Shown: in pieces, positions 1-12,607 of the stretch
How positions within the stretch are numbered: the stretch's first letter is position 1
Layout of the letters: every line of letters starts with the position of its first letter
Origin: Macrostomum hystrix
Lineage: Eukaryota > Animalia > Platyhelminthes
Length of the DNA: 64,000 bases
NCBI GenBank assembly: GCA_950097015.1
Contig: CATNEN010000024.1
Location: 2,728,001 to 2,792,000, forward strand
Reading direction: 5' to 3'
The notes under the pieces: generated by a model
What the model was told of the DNA's origin: nothing
Seen by the model: the letters and a program-made list of their open reading frames with translations, nothing else
Databases searched by the model: none
Translations under genes and position numbers: made by a program

Positions 1-71
1 TCATCGGATAGAGTGGAAAATTGTCGCTCGTGATCAGGATTGCCTGTGGCGATTGGTTGAATACCCCCCCA

Positions 72-160
72 GTGGTCTTTCTACTGTTACCCGAGAAGAG
101 GTCGGGAGTTCGAATCTCAGCCCAAGTGATACTTGTTGTGTCCTTGAGAAAGACACTCAA
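72..160 (+). mobile_element. SINE family A 5' fragment
   Basis: GGGAGTTCGAATCTC B-box followed by TTGTGTCCTTGAGAAAGACACT, the motif also seen at about 25447. Confidence 0.55.
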
Positions 161-374
161 TTAACCAGTGCCTAATTATACGTAATGGATGAAAGTATAC
201 TTTCTGGTTAGAAAAGTCGAAAAATAAAGAAAATTGAACGAGCTTTAGTTCGCTAGTTGAGATTCGCTACAATCTTAGGCTTGTATGAAATAAAAGCATC
301 ATTAAATAGCTAGCAAAATGTGTAACAAACTACCCGTTTCTGAAGAAACTATAACCACCTACACAATTATCCAG

Positions 375-2845
375 GGACATTGCTAAAGGCATGGCTTACC
401 TGGCCGAGAGGCGCCTAGTGCACCGAGATTTAGCAGCCCGCAATATTCTATTGGACGACTCGTGCAAAGCCAAGGTAAGGTTATAAAAAACCAGAATATA
501 TATTTTGAGTGCGATGACTATGTAATAATTTTATTATCGAAGGTTTTTTGTAAAAAAACCGACAACATTATGTTAAGAAAACTAGAAGTTTACCGTATTC
601 AACGTGAAATTTTTAGCACCGTTATTAACCTCAGATTGATCTATTGCAGTTCATAACCTCAGATCTATCTACTGCAGTTCATAACCTCAGATTTATCTAC
701 TGCAGTTCATAACCTCAGATTGATCTACTGCAGTTCATAACCTCAGATTTATCTACTGCAGTTCATAACCTCAGATTTATCTACTGCAGTTCATAACCTC
801 AGATTTATCTATTGCAGGTTCATAACCTCAGATTTATCTACTGCAGTTCATAACCTCAGATTGATCTACTGCAGTTTAAAACCTCAGATTTATCTACTGC
901 AGTTCATAACCTCAGATTTATCTATTGCAGGTTCATAACCTCAGATCTATCTACTGCAGTTTAAAACCTCAGATTTATCTACTGCAGTTCATAACCTCAG
1001 ATCTATCTACTGCAGTTCATAACCTCAGATTTATCTACTGCAGTTCATAACCTCAGATTTATCTACTGCAGTTCATAACCTCAGATTTATCTATTGCAGT
1101 TCATAACCTCAGATCTATCTACTGCAGTTTAAAACCTCAGATTTATCTACTGCAGTTCATAACCTCAGATCTATCTACTGCAGTTCATAACCTCAGATTT
1201 ATCTACTGCAGTTCATAACCTCAGATTTATCTACTGCAGTTCATAACCTCAGATTTATCTACTGCAGTTCATAACCTCAGATTTATCTACTGCAGTTCAT
1301 AACCTCAGATTTATCTATTGCAGTTCATAACCTCAGATTTATCTACTGCAGTTCATAACCTCAGATTTATCTATTGCAGTTCATAACCTCAGATCTATCT
1401 ACTGCAGTTCAAAACCTCAGATTTATCTACTGCAGTTCATAACCTCAGATCTATCTACTGCAGTTCATAACCTCAGATTTATCTACTGCAGTTCATAACC
1501 TCAGATCTATCTACTGCAGTTTAAAACCTCAGATTTATCTACTGCAGTTCATAACCTCAGATCTATCTACTGCAGTTCATAACCTCAGATTTATCTACTG
1601 CAGTTCATAACCTCAGATTTATCTACTGCAGTTCATAACCTCAGATTTATCTACTGCAGTTCATAACCTCAGATTTATCTACTGCAGTTCATAACCTCAG
1701 ATTTATCTACTGCAGTTCATAACCTCAGATTTATCTACTGCAGTTCATAACCTCAGATTTATCTACTGCAGTTCATAACCTCAGATTTATCTACTGCAGT
1801 TCATAACCTCAGCTTTATCTACTGCAGTTCATAACCTCAGATCTATCTATTGCAGTTCATAACCTCAGATTTATCTACTGCAGTTCATAACCTCAGATTT
1901 ATCTACTGCAGTTCATAACCTCAGATCTGTCTACCCCACTTCATAATCTCAGAACTATCTACTGCAGTTCATAACCTCAGATCAATGAAACCTACCTCAG
2001 ATCTAACAACACTACCTCAGATCTATCAACACTACCTCAGATCTAACAACACTACCTCAGATCTATCGACACTACCTCAGATCTATCAACCCTACCTCAG
2101 ATCTAACAACCCTACCTCAGATCTATCAACACTACCTCAGATCTATCAACACTACCTCAGATCTATCAACACTACCTCAGATCTATCAACACTACCTCTG
2201 ATCTATCAACACTACCTCAGATCTATCAACACTACCTCAGATCTATCAACACTACCTCTGATCTATCAACACTACCTCTGATCTATCAACACTACCTATG
2301 ATCTATCAACACTACCTCTGTCTACCAGATCTATCTACCCTACCTTTCTCCCCCGGTTCTTAAACAGTTGGTGTTGGTTGGCCCTCATTCCGTTTTCTGC
2401 TGCTCTCGTGCTCTCTTAGGTGGCAGATTTCGGTCTAGCCAAGTCGTCATTTCGCGACGGCAGCAGCCAGCCGCACTCACTGAATGGTGGCAACGGGGAC
2501 AGCGTGAATGCCGGCAGTACTCAGGAGCGCATCCCGTTGAAATGGACCGCTCCCGAGTGTGTAAAGGATCACGCAAAATTTTCTACGAAATCGGACGCCT
2601 GGTCATTCGCCGTTCTGCTCTGGGAGGTTTACACATTCGGCCGGATGCCTTATCCGCGGATTAAGACCGACCAGGTGTTGAAGCACGTGCTAAATGGCTA
2701 TAGAATGGAGATGCCGGAGCGCTGCCCGCAGGACGTCTATAAACTCATGCGGCGCTGTTGGGAATTGTCACCGGACCAGCGGCCAAGCTTTGACGACATT
2801 CTCAAACAATTGGAGAGCATCCGTCAGGTTAATAAGAATGCGTGA
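375..2845 (+). CDS. CSK: C-terminal Src kinase-like tyrosine kinase, last two coding exons (375-474, 2420-2845); 5' part lies outside the window
   Basis: Exon 375-474 (ccag| ... AAG|gtaagg) reads [33 protein letters not shown] and joins in phase 0 to exon 2420-2845 (cttag|GTG GCA GAT TTC GGT), VADFGLAK...IPLKWTAPE...[29 protein letters not shown]. The HRDLAARN loop, FSTKSD, FGRxPYPRI, absent activation-loop Tyr and absent inhibitory C-tail Tyr all match the CSK family from memory. Confidence 0.82.
627..1983. repeat. Intronic minisatellite, 28-bp unit
   Basis: Consensus CCTCAGATTTATCTACTGCAGTTCATAA, about 48 near-identical copies in the kinase intron. Confidence 0.95.
1990..2340. repeat. Intronic minisatellite, 20-bp unit
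   Basis: Consensus CCTCAGATCTATCAACACTA, about 17 copies, directly after the 28-bp array. Confidence 0.93.
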
Positions 2846-2975
2846 AGCAACTCAACTATCGTTTATTATTATAATTTTGAGTGTTCCATCATTTTTTAGG
2901 CGTCCGCTGCTGAGACAAACAGATTTTTTAACTGTTGAAAGGTGCAACAATGATTTATTAGTTTAGGCTTGCAGC

Positions 2976-2981
2976 AATAAA
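2976..2981 (+). terminator. Candidate polyadenylation signal of the kinase gene
   Basis: AATAAA about 130 nt after the stop codon at 2845. Confidence 0.45.
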
Positions 2982-3064
2982 ACTTTCGTACACGCTTTAA
3001 ATGTCTATGGCCCAAAATGATGGACAGTTTAGCAAGACAGATTGTAGATGACTAAGTCAGGACA

Positions 3065-3400
3065 ATAATAATAATAATAATTATTATTATTATTATTGAT
3101 TACACCTGCCCTAATTGGGTCAGATATGCAGCCGACTGGCGACAGCACAGTCGCAGCTATTGCGCGGCGCATCTGAAGGCTGCGTACAAGGGTTCAGTCC
3201 ATGGACTGGGGGGACGCCACACCTACCATGCTTACCATGGTTACCATGGTTATCCCAGCTAATGCTGATACCCATTTAACAGCTGGGTGAACTGAAACAA
3301 AGCAGAGTATCTTGCTAAAAGATACAAACTGTTCCAGTGGAGTCGAGAATCGAACCTTCGACCTTCAAGTCGTGAGTCTGACGGTCTAACCACTAGGCTA
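3065..3400 (-). mobile_element. tRNA-derived SINE, family A (near full length)
   Basis: On the minus strand: TAGCCTAGTGGTTAGA (A-box-like), GGTTCGATTC (B-box), a body containing CCCCCCAGTCCATGGACTGAAC and TACGCAGCCTTCAGA..CCGCGCAATAGC, then an (AAT)n tail. Homologous to 25372-25632. Confidence 0.8.
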
Positions 3401-4884
3401 GAATCCCCTAGCCAGTAACCAGTGACCATAGACATTCAAGGCGTGCAACCGTCGGCCTCCATTGGTAGATGATACATCCTGCATCATTGACCTCGCAATA
3501 GCCAAGAAAACTTTTCAAAACGGTTGCGCCTTGACTACGAGAAAAGCTTAGCTTCACTTTAGAAAAACAAAGTGATTTTCTTAAGCTGAAATTCCTGCCA
3601 GTCTTAAAGATAAGATATCAGCATGGAAAATAGAGCGTGCGTTAGTTTTTTTAAACCCGTAGTTTTTTTAGCGCTGACAGAGATTTCAAACATCCTTGTA
3701 ATCGAATTATACCTGTCTAAAACAACCTTTTCAATGAAATAATATTGAGATCGTGCACAGAGAGCAAAGGTACGCAGTTTAACGACAATTTTTTTTTGCT
3801 TTTTCCTTGCCCCTCTGTTTGTTAATGTCGAAATTGAACTCCAAAGATTGTGTTCGTTACTTGCACCGTGTACTGTAAATGAATTGTTTGCTACTACATT
3901 GCCTAGTACTTAATATCCTAGTGTTGACACGTTTGAAAGTGTTTTTTCCAACGACTTAAAAATCATGTGTATAAGTTGCCTCCAAATACATACATGTTAA
4001 TGACAGTGAAATATTACTTCCAGTAGTGTAGTTTGCATTGGAATTTAACAATTTAACAAACAACTCTGTCCCATTGTGGCGTGGTTCTCATGCAGAAAAA
4101 AACTTATGTGAAATCGTCTCTAGTCAGTTTGATAGAATCCTAGCGTTCACCGCGAACTATTTTCACAGGAAGCACCTTTCTAAATGGCTACCTTTTTGTT
4201 TGTATTCTTACTCGCCTAAATTCAACCTTGTTCTATATTCGCTGATTGTTTTTTTGTTTATTCCATGGATAAAAGGGAGTTACAGCATTGTGTGTTGTAA
4301 CTGTGGCTGCTTTTACTGTTTTAAATATGTTTTTTTTAGTTTTCTTAAACTGAAACCAACTTTGGTTTTTTAGTGTTTTTTTCGTTGAGAAAAAATGGTG
4401 TTCTTCAGTTAAAATTTTGGCCGGACCAATGAATTAACCAAAGAAAAGGACTCAGTTTTTAGCATTAAAATTCTTTTCCTGGCGATGGTTTCTTTAGTTT
4501 CAAAAGTTTCATCTGAGCTGTATTATTATTGTTTTAAAGCTTTTGATTTTTGTGCCGCTTTGCTTCATTGCTGCTTTTTTATATTTTAACTTGTGTTTTC
4601 TCTTTATTATTTAACCCCGGCAACACATTGTCTTCGGTTTGTGCTACTATGATACAATGCTCCATGATTTCCGCTGTTTGTTTCAATTTTGTTTGTACGT
4701 TTCTGTTGTAAAGCTAGGCAGAAATAAATTCCTAATTTTTTCCGTGATTATTTATTGCGGCAAATTAATTTTTCTGGTTTAAAAGTAATGTAAAATGTAA
4801 AGTATTTTGACACCATATCTATTATACTACAATAATTAACTACGTGTCAAAACTTGACTGGTACGCAGTTATACTCATATTTAG

Positions 4885-6190
4885 ATGTGAAAGCAGTTTG
4901 ACACCATTTAATTATCTAGGTGTGAAAGCTGTTTGACACCATTTAATTATCTAGGTGTGAAAGCTGTTTGACACCATTTAATTATCTATGTGTGAAAGCT
5001 GTTTGACACCATTTAATTATCTAGGTATGAAAGCTGTTTTGACACCATTTAATTATCTAGGTGTGAAAGCTGTTTGACACCATTTAATTATCTAGGTGTG
5101 AAAGCTGTTTGACACCATTTAATTATCTAGTTGTGAAAGCAGTTTGACACAATTTAATTATCTAGGTGTGAAAGCTGTTTGACACCATTTAATTATCTAG
5201 GTGTGAAAGCTGTTTGACACCATTTAATTATCTAGGTGTGAAAGCTGTTTGACACAATTTAATTATCTAGGTGTAAAAGCTGTTTTGACACCATTTAATT
5301 ATCTAGGTGTGAAAGCTGTTTGACACAATTTAATTATCTAGGTGTGAAAGCTGTTTGACACCATTTAATTATCTAGGTGTGAAAGCTGTTTGACACCATT
5401 TAATTATCTAGGTGTGAAAGCAGTTTGACACCATTTAATTATCTAGGTGTGAAAGCTGTTTGACACCATTTAATTATCTAGTTGTGAAAGCAGTTTGACA
5501 CAATTTAATTATCTAGGTGTGAAAGCTGTTTGACACCATTTAATTATCTAGGTGTGAAAGCTGTCTGACACCATTTAATTATCTAGGTGTGAAAGCTGTT
5601 TGACACAATTTAATTATCTAGGTGTGAAAGCTGTTTGACACCATTTAATTATCTAGGTGTGAAAGCTGTTTGACACCATTTAATTATCTAGGTGTGAAAG
5701 CTGTTTGACACCATTTAATTATCTAGCTGTGAAAGCTGTTTGACACAATTTAATTATCTAGGTGTGAAAGCAGTTTGACACCATTTAATTATGTAGGTGT
5801 GAAAGCAGTTTGACACCATTTAATTATGTAGGTGTGAAAGCAGTTTGACACCATTTAATTATCTAGGTGTGAAAGCTGTTTGACACCATTTAATTATCTA
5901 GGTGTGAAAGCTGTTTGACACCATTTAATTATCTAGGTGTGAAAGCTGTTTGACACCATTTAATTATCTAGGTGTGAAAGCTGTTTGACACCATTTAATT
6001 ATCTAGGTGTGAATACTGTTTGAAACCATTTAATTATCAAGGTGTGAAGACAGTTTAACACCCTTTATTACCTAGGTGTTATTAACTATGTTTGATTGCC
6101 ACCATTAATTATCTAGGTGTAAAGCCTGTTTATAACCCTTTATTATCTATCCGTGAAGTTTGTTTGACACCAATTATTATCTGAGTAAAA
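4885..6190. repeat. Intergenic minisatellite, 35-bp unit
   Basis: Consensus GTGTGAAAGCTGTTTGACACCATTTAATTATCTAG, about 33 clean copies that decay after about 6030. Confidence 0.95.
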
Positions 6191-6654
6191 GTTGACACAC
6201 CATTAATTTAATAGTTTACATACATCCTTACTTTTCTCGGCAAAACTAAGTTGAACAGTTGTCGATGTATTTTTGTCTGACAAGAAGGATATGCTTCTAT
6301 TAAAAGGACCTAGATTTCTTGTGTATCGGTTAATCCCTATAATTCTCACTTTCGCAGACTTATTTTCTAACGTTATAGCTTTCTGCGTGTTGTTATGTTG
6401 CTAATTATCGACCCCCAGATGGCATCGAAATATATCAAAGGCGTGATTTCTAATGACAAGAGCCAACGTACAGTTTTTATCTTGTATTCATTAATTACAC
6501 ATCTAACTCTGCACACTTGCAGGCCTTTTCTAGATAACCCAAAAATAGCTTTAAATGTTTGTTTGTTTTCGCTTCATTTGAAGATTACCGACTTGATGTC
6601 AACATTTTCCTGCTCTCATTATTCAAGTGTGCTTTTTACTTTCATAAGTAGCGG

Positions 6655-9600
6655 TGAGCAGTGAGTAGCCTGTAAATAGCAGTGTGTTGCCTGTAAATAG
6701 TAGTGTGTTGCCTGTAAATAGCAGTGTGTTGCCTGTAAATAGCAGTGTGTTGCCTGTAAATAGCAGTGTGTTGCCTGTAAATAGCAGTGTGTTGCCTGTA
6801 AATAGCAGTGTGTTGCCTGTAAATAGCAGTGTGTTGCCTGTAAATATCAGTGTGTTGCCTGTAAATGTCAGTGTGTTGCCTGTAAATAGCAGTGTGTTGC
6901 CTGTAAATAGCAGTGTGTTGCCTCTAAATAGCTGTGTGTTGCCTGTAAATATCAGTGTGTTGCCTGTAAATAGCAGTGTGTTGCCTGTAAATAGTAGTGT
7001 GTCAGCCTGTAAATATCAGTGTGTAAGCCTGTAAATATCAGTGTGTTGCCTGTAAATAGCAGTGTGTTGCCTGTAAATAGCAGTGTGTTGCCTGTAAATA
7101 GCAGTGTGTTGCCTGTAAATAGCAGTGTGTTGCCTGTAAATAGCAGTGTGTTGCCTGTAAATAGCAGTGTGTTGCCTGTAAATAGCAGTGTGTTGCCTGT
7201 AAATAGCAGTGTGTTGCCTGTAAATAGCAGTGTGTTGCCTGTAAATAGCAGTGTGTTGCCTGTAAATAGTAGTGTGTCAGCCTGTAAATATCAGTGTGTA
7301 AGCCTGTAAATATCAGTGTGTTGCCTGTAAATAGCAGTGTGTTGCCTGTAAATAGCAGTGTGTTGCCTGTAAATAGCAGTGTGTTGCCTGTAAATAGCAG
7401 TGTGTTGCCTGTAAATAGCAGTGTGTTGCCTGTAAATATCAGTGTGTTGCCTGTAAATAGCAGTGTGTTGCCTGTAAATAGCAGTGTGTTGCCTGTAAAT
7501 AGCAGTGTGTTGCCTGTAAATAGCAGTGTGTTGCCTGTAAATAGCAGTGTGTTGCCTGTAAATAGCAGTGTGTTGCCTGTAAATAGCAGTGTGTTGCCTG
7601 TAAATAGCAGTGTGTTGCCTGTAAATAGCAGTGTGTTGCCTGTAAATAGCAGTGTGTTGCCTGTAAATAGTAGTGTGTCAGCCTGTAAATATCAGTGTGT
7701 AAGCCTGTAAATATCAGTGTGTTGCCTGTAAATAGCAGTGTGTTGCCTGTAAATAGCAGTGTGTTGCCTGTAAATAGCAGTGAGTAGCCTGTAAATAGTA
7801 GTGTGTTGCCTGTAAATAGTAGTGTGTTGCCTGTAAATAGTAGTGTGTTGCCTGTAAATAGTAGTGTGTTGCCTGTAAATAGCAGTGTGTTGCCTGTAAA
7901 TAGCAGTGTGTTGCCTGTAAATAGCAGTGTGTTGCCTGTAAATAGCAGTGTGTTGCCTGTAAATAGCAGTGTGTTGCCTGTAAATAGCAGTGTGTTGCCT
8001 GTAAATAGCAGTGTGTTGCCTGTAAATAGCAGTGTGTTGCCTGTAAATAGCAGTGTGTTGCCTGTAAATAGTAGTGTTGCCTGTAAATAGTAGTGTGTTG
8101 CCTGTAAATAGCAGTGTGTTGCCTGTAAATAGCAGTGAGTAGCCTGTAAATAGTAGTGTGTTGCCTGTAAATAGTAGTGTGTTGCCTGTAAATAGTAGTG
8201 TGTTGCCTGTAAATAGCAGTGTGTTGCCTGTAAATAGCAGTGTGTTGCCTGTAAATAGCAGTGTGTTGCCTGTAAATAGCAGTGTGTTGCCTGTAAATAG
8301 CAGTGTGTTGCCTGTAAATAGTAGTGTGTCAGCCTGTAAATATCAGTGTGTAAGCCTGTAAATAGCAGTGTGTTGCCTGTAAATAGCAGTGTGTTGCCTG
8401 TAAATAGCAGTGTGTTGCCTGTAAATAGCAGTGAGTAGCCTGTAAATAGTAGTGTGTTGCCTGTAAATAGTAGTGTGTTGCCTGTAAATAGTAGTGTGTT
8501 GCCTGTAAATAGTAGTGTGTTGCCTGTAAATAGCAGTGTGTTGCCTGTAAATAGCAGTGTGTTGCCTGTAAATAGCAGTGTGTTGCCTGTAAATAGCAGT
8601 GTGTTGCCTGTAAATAGCAGTGTGTTGCCTGTAAATAGTAGTGTGTTGCCTGTAAATAGTAGTGTGTTGCCTGTAAATAGTAGTGTGTTGCCTGTAAATA
8701 GTAGTGTGTTGCCTGTAAATAGCAGTGTGTTGCCTGTAAATAGCAGTGAGTAGCCTGTAAATAGTAGTGTGTTGCCTGTAAATAGTAGTGTGTTGCCTGT
8801 AAATAGTAGTGTGTTGCCTGTAAATAGTAGTGTGTTGCCTGTAAATAGCAGTGTGTTGCCTGTAAATAGCAGTGTGTTGCCTGTAAATAGCAGTGTGTTG
8901 CCTGTAAATAGCAGTGTGTTGCCTGTAAATAGCAGTGTGTTGCCTGTAAATAGCAGTGTGTTGCCTGTAAATAGCAGTGTGTTGCCTGTAAATAGCAGTG
9001 TGTTGCCTGTAAATAGCAGTGTGTTGCCTGTAAATAGTAGTGTTGCCTGTAAATAGTAGTGTGTTGCCTGTAAATAGCAGTGTGTTGCCTGTAAATAGCA
9101 GTGAGTAGCCTGTAAATAGTAGTGTGTTGCCTGTAAATAGTAGTGTGTTGCCTGTAAATAGTAGTGTGTTGCCTGTAAATAGCAGTGTGTTGCCTGTAAA
9201 TAGCAGTGTGTTGCCTGTAAATAGCAGTGTGTTGCCTGTAAATAGCAGTGTGTTGCCTGTAAATAGCAGTGTGTTGCCTGTAAATAGCAGTGTGTTGCCT
9301 GTAAATAGCAGTGTGTTGCCTGTAAATAGCAGTGTGTTGCCTGTAAATAGCAGTGTGTTGCCTGTAAATAGTAGTGTGTCAGCCTGTAAATATCAGTGTG
9401 TAAGCCTGTAAATATCAGTGTGTTGCCTGTAAATAGCAGTGTGTTGCCTGTAAATAGCAGTGTGTTGCCTGTAAATAGCAGTGTGTTGCCTGTAAATAGC
9501 AGTGTGTTGCCTGTAAATAGCAGTGTGTTGCCTGTAAATAGCAGTGTGTTGCCTGTAAATAGCAGTGAGTAGCCTGTAAATAGTAGTGTGTTGCCTGTAA

Positions 9601-12600
9601 ATAGTAGTGTGTTGCCTGTAAATAGTAGTGTGTTGCCTGTAAATAGTAGTGTGTTGCCTGTAAATAGCAGTGTGTTGCCTGTAAATAGCAGTGTGTTGCC
9701 TGTAAATAGCAGTGTGTTGCCTGTAAATAGCAGTGTGTTGCCTGTAAATAGCAGTGTGTTGCCTGTAAATAGTAGTGTGTTGCCTGTAAATAGTAGTGTG
9801 TTGCCTGTAAATAGTAGTGTGTTGCCTGTAAATAGTAGTGTGTTGCCTGTAAATAGCAGTGTGTTGCCTGTAAATAGCAGTGAGTAGCCTGTAAATAGTA
9901 GTGTGTTGCCTGTAAATAGTAGTGTGTTGCCTGTAAATAGTAGTGTGTTGCCTGTAAATAGTAGTGTGTTGCCTGTAAATAGCAGTGTGTTGCCTGTAAA
10001 TAGCAGTGTGTTGCCTGTAAATAGCAGTGTGTTGCCTGTAAATAGCAGTGTGTTGCCTGTAAATAGCAGTGTGTTGCCTGTAAATAGCAGTGTGTTGCCT
10101 GTAAATATCAGTGTGTTGCCTGTAAATGTCAGTGTGTTGCCTGTAAATAGCAGTGTGTTGCCTGTAAATAGCAGTGTGTTGCCTCTAAATAGCTGTGTGT
10201 TGCCTGTAAATAGCAGTGTGTTGCCTGTAAATAGCAGTGTGTTGCCTGTAAATAGTAGTGTGTCAGCCTGTAAATATCAGTGTGTAAGCCTGTAAATATC
10301 AGTGTGTTGCCTGTAAATAGCAGTGTGTTGCCTGTAAATAGCAGTGTGTTGCCTGTAAATAGCAGTGTGTTGCCTGTAAATAGCAGTGTGTTGCCTGTAA
10401 ATAGCAGTGTGTTGCCTGTAAATAGCAGTGTGTTGCCTGTAAATAGCAGTGTGTTGCCTGTAAATAGCAGTGTGTTGCCTGTAAATAGCAGTGTGTTGCC
10501 TGTAAATAGCAGTGTGTTGCCTGTAAATAGTAGTGTGTCAGCCTGTAAATATCAGTGTGTAAGCCTGTAAATATCAGTGTGTTGCCTGTAAATAGCAGTG
10601 TGTTGCCTGTAAATAGCAGTGTGTTGCCTGTAAATAGCAGTGTGTTGCCTGTAAATAGCAGTGTGTTGCCTGTAAATAGCAGTGTGTTGCCTGTAAATAG
10701 CAGTGTGTTGCCTGTAAATAGCAGTGAGTAGCCTGTAAATAGTAGTGTGTTGCCTGTAAATAGTAGTGTGTTGCCTGTAAATAGTAGTGTGTTGCCTGTA
10801 AATAGTAGTGTGTTGCCTGTAAATAGCAGTGTGTTGCCTGTAAATAGCAGTGTGTTGCCTGTAAATAGCAGTGTGTTGCCTGTAAATAGCAGTGTGTTGC
10901 CTGTAAATAGCAGTGTGTTGCCTGTAAATAGTAGTGTGTTGCCTGTAAATAGTAGTGTGTTGCCTGTAAATAGTAGTGTGTTGCCTGTAAATAGTAGTGT
11001 GTTGCCTGTAAATAGCAGTGTGTTGCCTGTAAATAGCAGTGAGTAGCCTGTAAATAGTAGTGTGTTGCCTGTAAATAGTAGTGTGTTGCCTGTAAATAGT
11101 AGTGTGTTGCCTGTAAATAGTAGTGTGTTGCCTGTAAATAGCAGTGTGTTGCCTGTAAATAGCAGTGTGTTGCCTGTAAATAGCAGTGTGTTGCCTGTAA
11201 ATAGCAGTGTGTTGCCTGTAAATAGCAGTGTGTTGCCTGTAAATAGCAGTGTGTTGCCTGTAAATAGCAGTGTGTTGCCTGTAAATAGCAGTGTGTTGCC
11301 TGTAAATAGCAGTGTGTTGCCTGTAAATAGTAGTGTTGCCTGTAAATAGTAGTGTGTTGCCTGTAAATAGCAGTGTGTTGCCTGTAAATAGCAGTGAGTA
11401 GCCTGTAAATAGTAGTGTGTTGCCTGTAAATAGTAGTGTGTTGCCTGTAAATAGTAGTGTGTTGCCTGTAAATAGCAGTGTGTTGCCTGTAAATAGCAGT
11501 GTGTTGCCTGTAAATAGCAGTGTGTTGCCTGTAAATAGCAGTGTGTTGCCTGTAAATAGCAGTGTGTTGCCTGTAAATGGCAGTGTGTTGCCTGTAAATA
11601 GCAGTGTGTTGCCTGTAAATAGCAGTGTGTTGCCTGTAAATAGCAGTGTGTTGCCTGTAAATATCAGTGTGTTGCCTGTAAATAGCAGTGTGTAAGCCTG
11701 TAAATAGCAGTGTGTTGCCTGTAAATGTCAGTGTGTTGCCTGTAAATAGCAGTGTGTTGCCTTTAAATAGCAGTGTGTTGCCTGTAAATAGCAGTGTGTT
11801 GCCTGTAAATAGCAGTGTGTTGCCTGTAAATAGCAGTGTGTTGCCTGTAAATAGCAGTGTGTTGCCTGTAAATAGCAGTGTGTTGCCTGTAAATAGCAGT
11901 GTTTTGCCTGTAAATAGCAGTGTGTTGCCTGTAAATAGCAGTGTGTTGCCTGTAAATAGCAGTGTGTTGCCTGTAAATTGCAGTGTGTTGCCTGTAAATA
12001 GCAGTGTGTTGCCTGTAAATTGCAGTGTGTTGCCTGTAAATAGCAGTGTGTTGCCTGTAAATAGCAGTGTGTTGCCTGTAAATAGCAGTGTGTTGCCTGT
12101 AAATATCAGTGTGTTGCCTGTAAATAGCAGTGTGTTGCCTGTAAATAGCAGTGTGTTGCCTGTAAATATCAGTGTGTTGCCTGTAAATAGCAGTGTGTTG
12201 CCTGTAAATAGCAGTGTGTTGCCTGTTAATAGCAGTGTGTTGCCTGTAAATAGCAGTGTGTTGCCTGTAAATAGCAGTGTGTTGCCTGTAAATAGCAGTG
12301 TGTTGCCTGTAAATAGCAGTGTGTTGCCTGTAAATAGCAGTGTGTTGCCTGTAAATAGCAGTGTGTTGCCTGTAAATAGCAGTGTGTTGCCTGTAAATAG
12401 CAGTGTGTTGCCTGTAAATAGCAGTGTGTTGCCTGTAAATAGCAGTGTGTTGCCTGTAAATAGCAGTGTGTAAGCCTGTAAATAGCAGTGTGTTGCCTGT
12501 AAATAGCAGTGTGTTGCCTGTAAATAGCAGTGTGTTGCCTGTAAATAGCAGTGTGTTGCCTGTAAATAGTAGTGTGTAAGCCTGTAAATAGCAGTGAGTA

Positions 12601-12607
12601 GCCTGTA
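6655..12607. repeat. Satellite array, 21-bp unit, about 280 copies
   Basis: Consensus GCCTGTAAATAGCAGTGTGTT with variants (TAGT, TATC, GTGAGTA, GTGTAA). It explains all the LPVNSSV ORFs. Confidence 0.98.

Noticed and set aside
3340-3400. tRNA genes at A/B-box motifs (also 25375, 34600, 61445)
   Set aside because: The boxes continue into multicopy SINE bodies, and I could not fold a complete cloverleaf.
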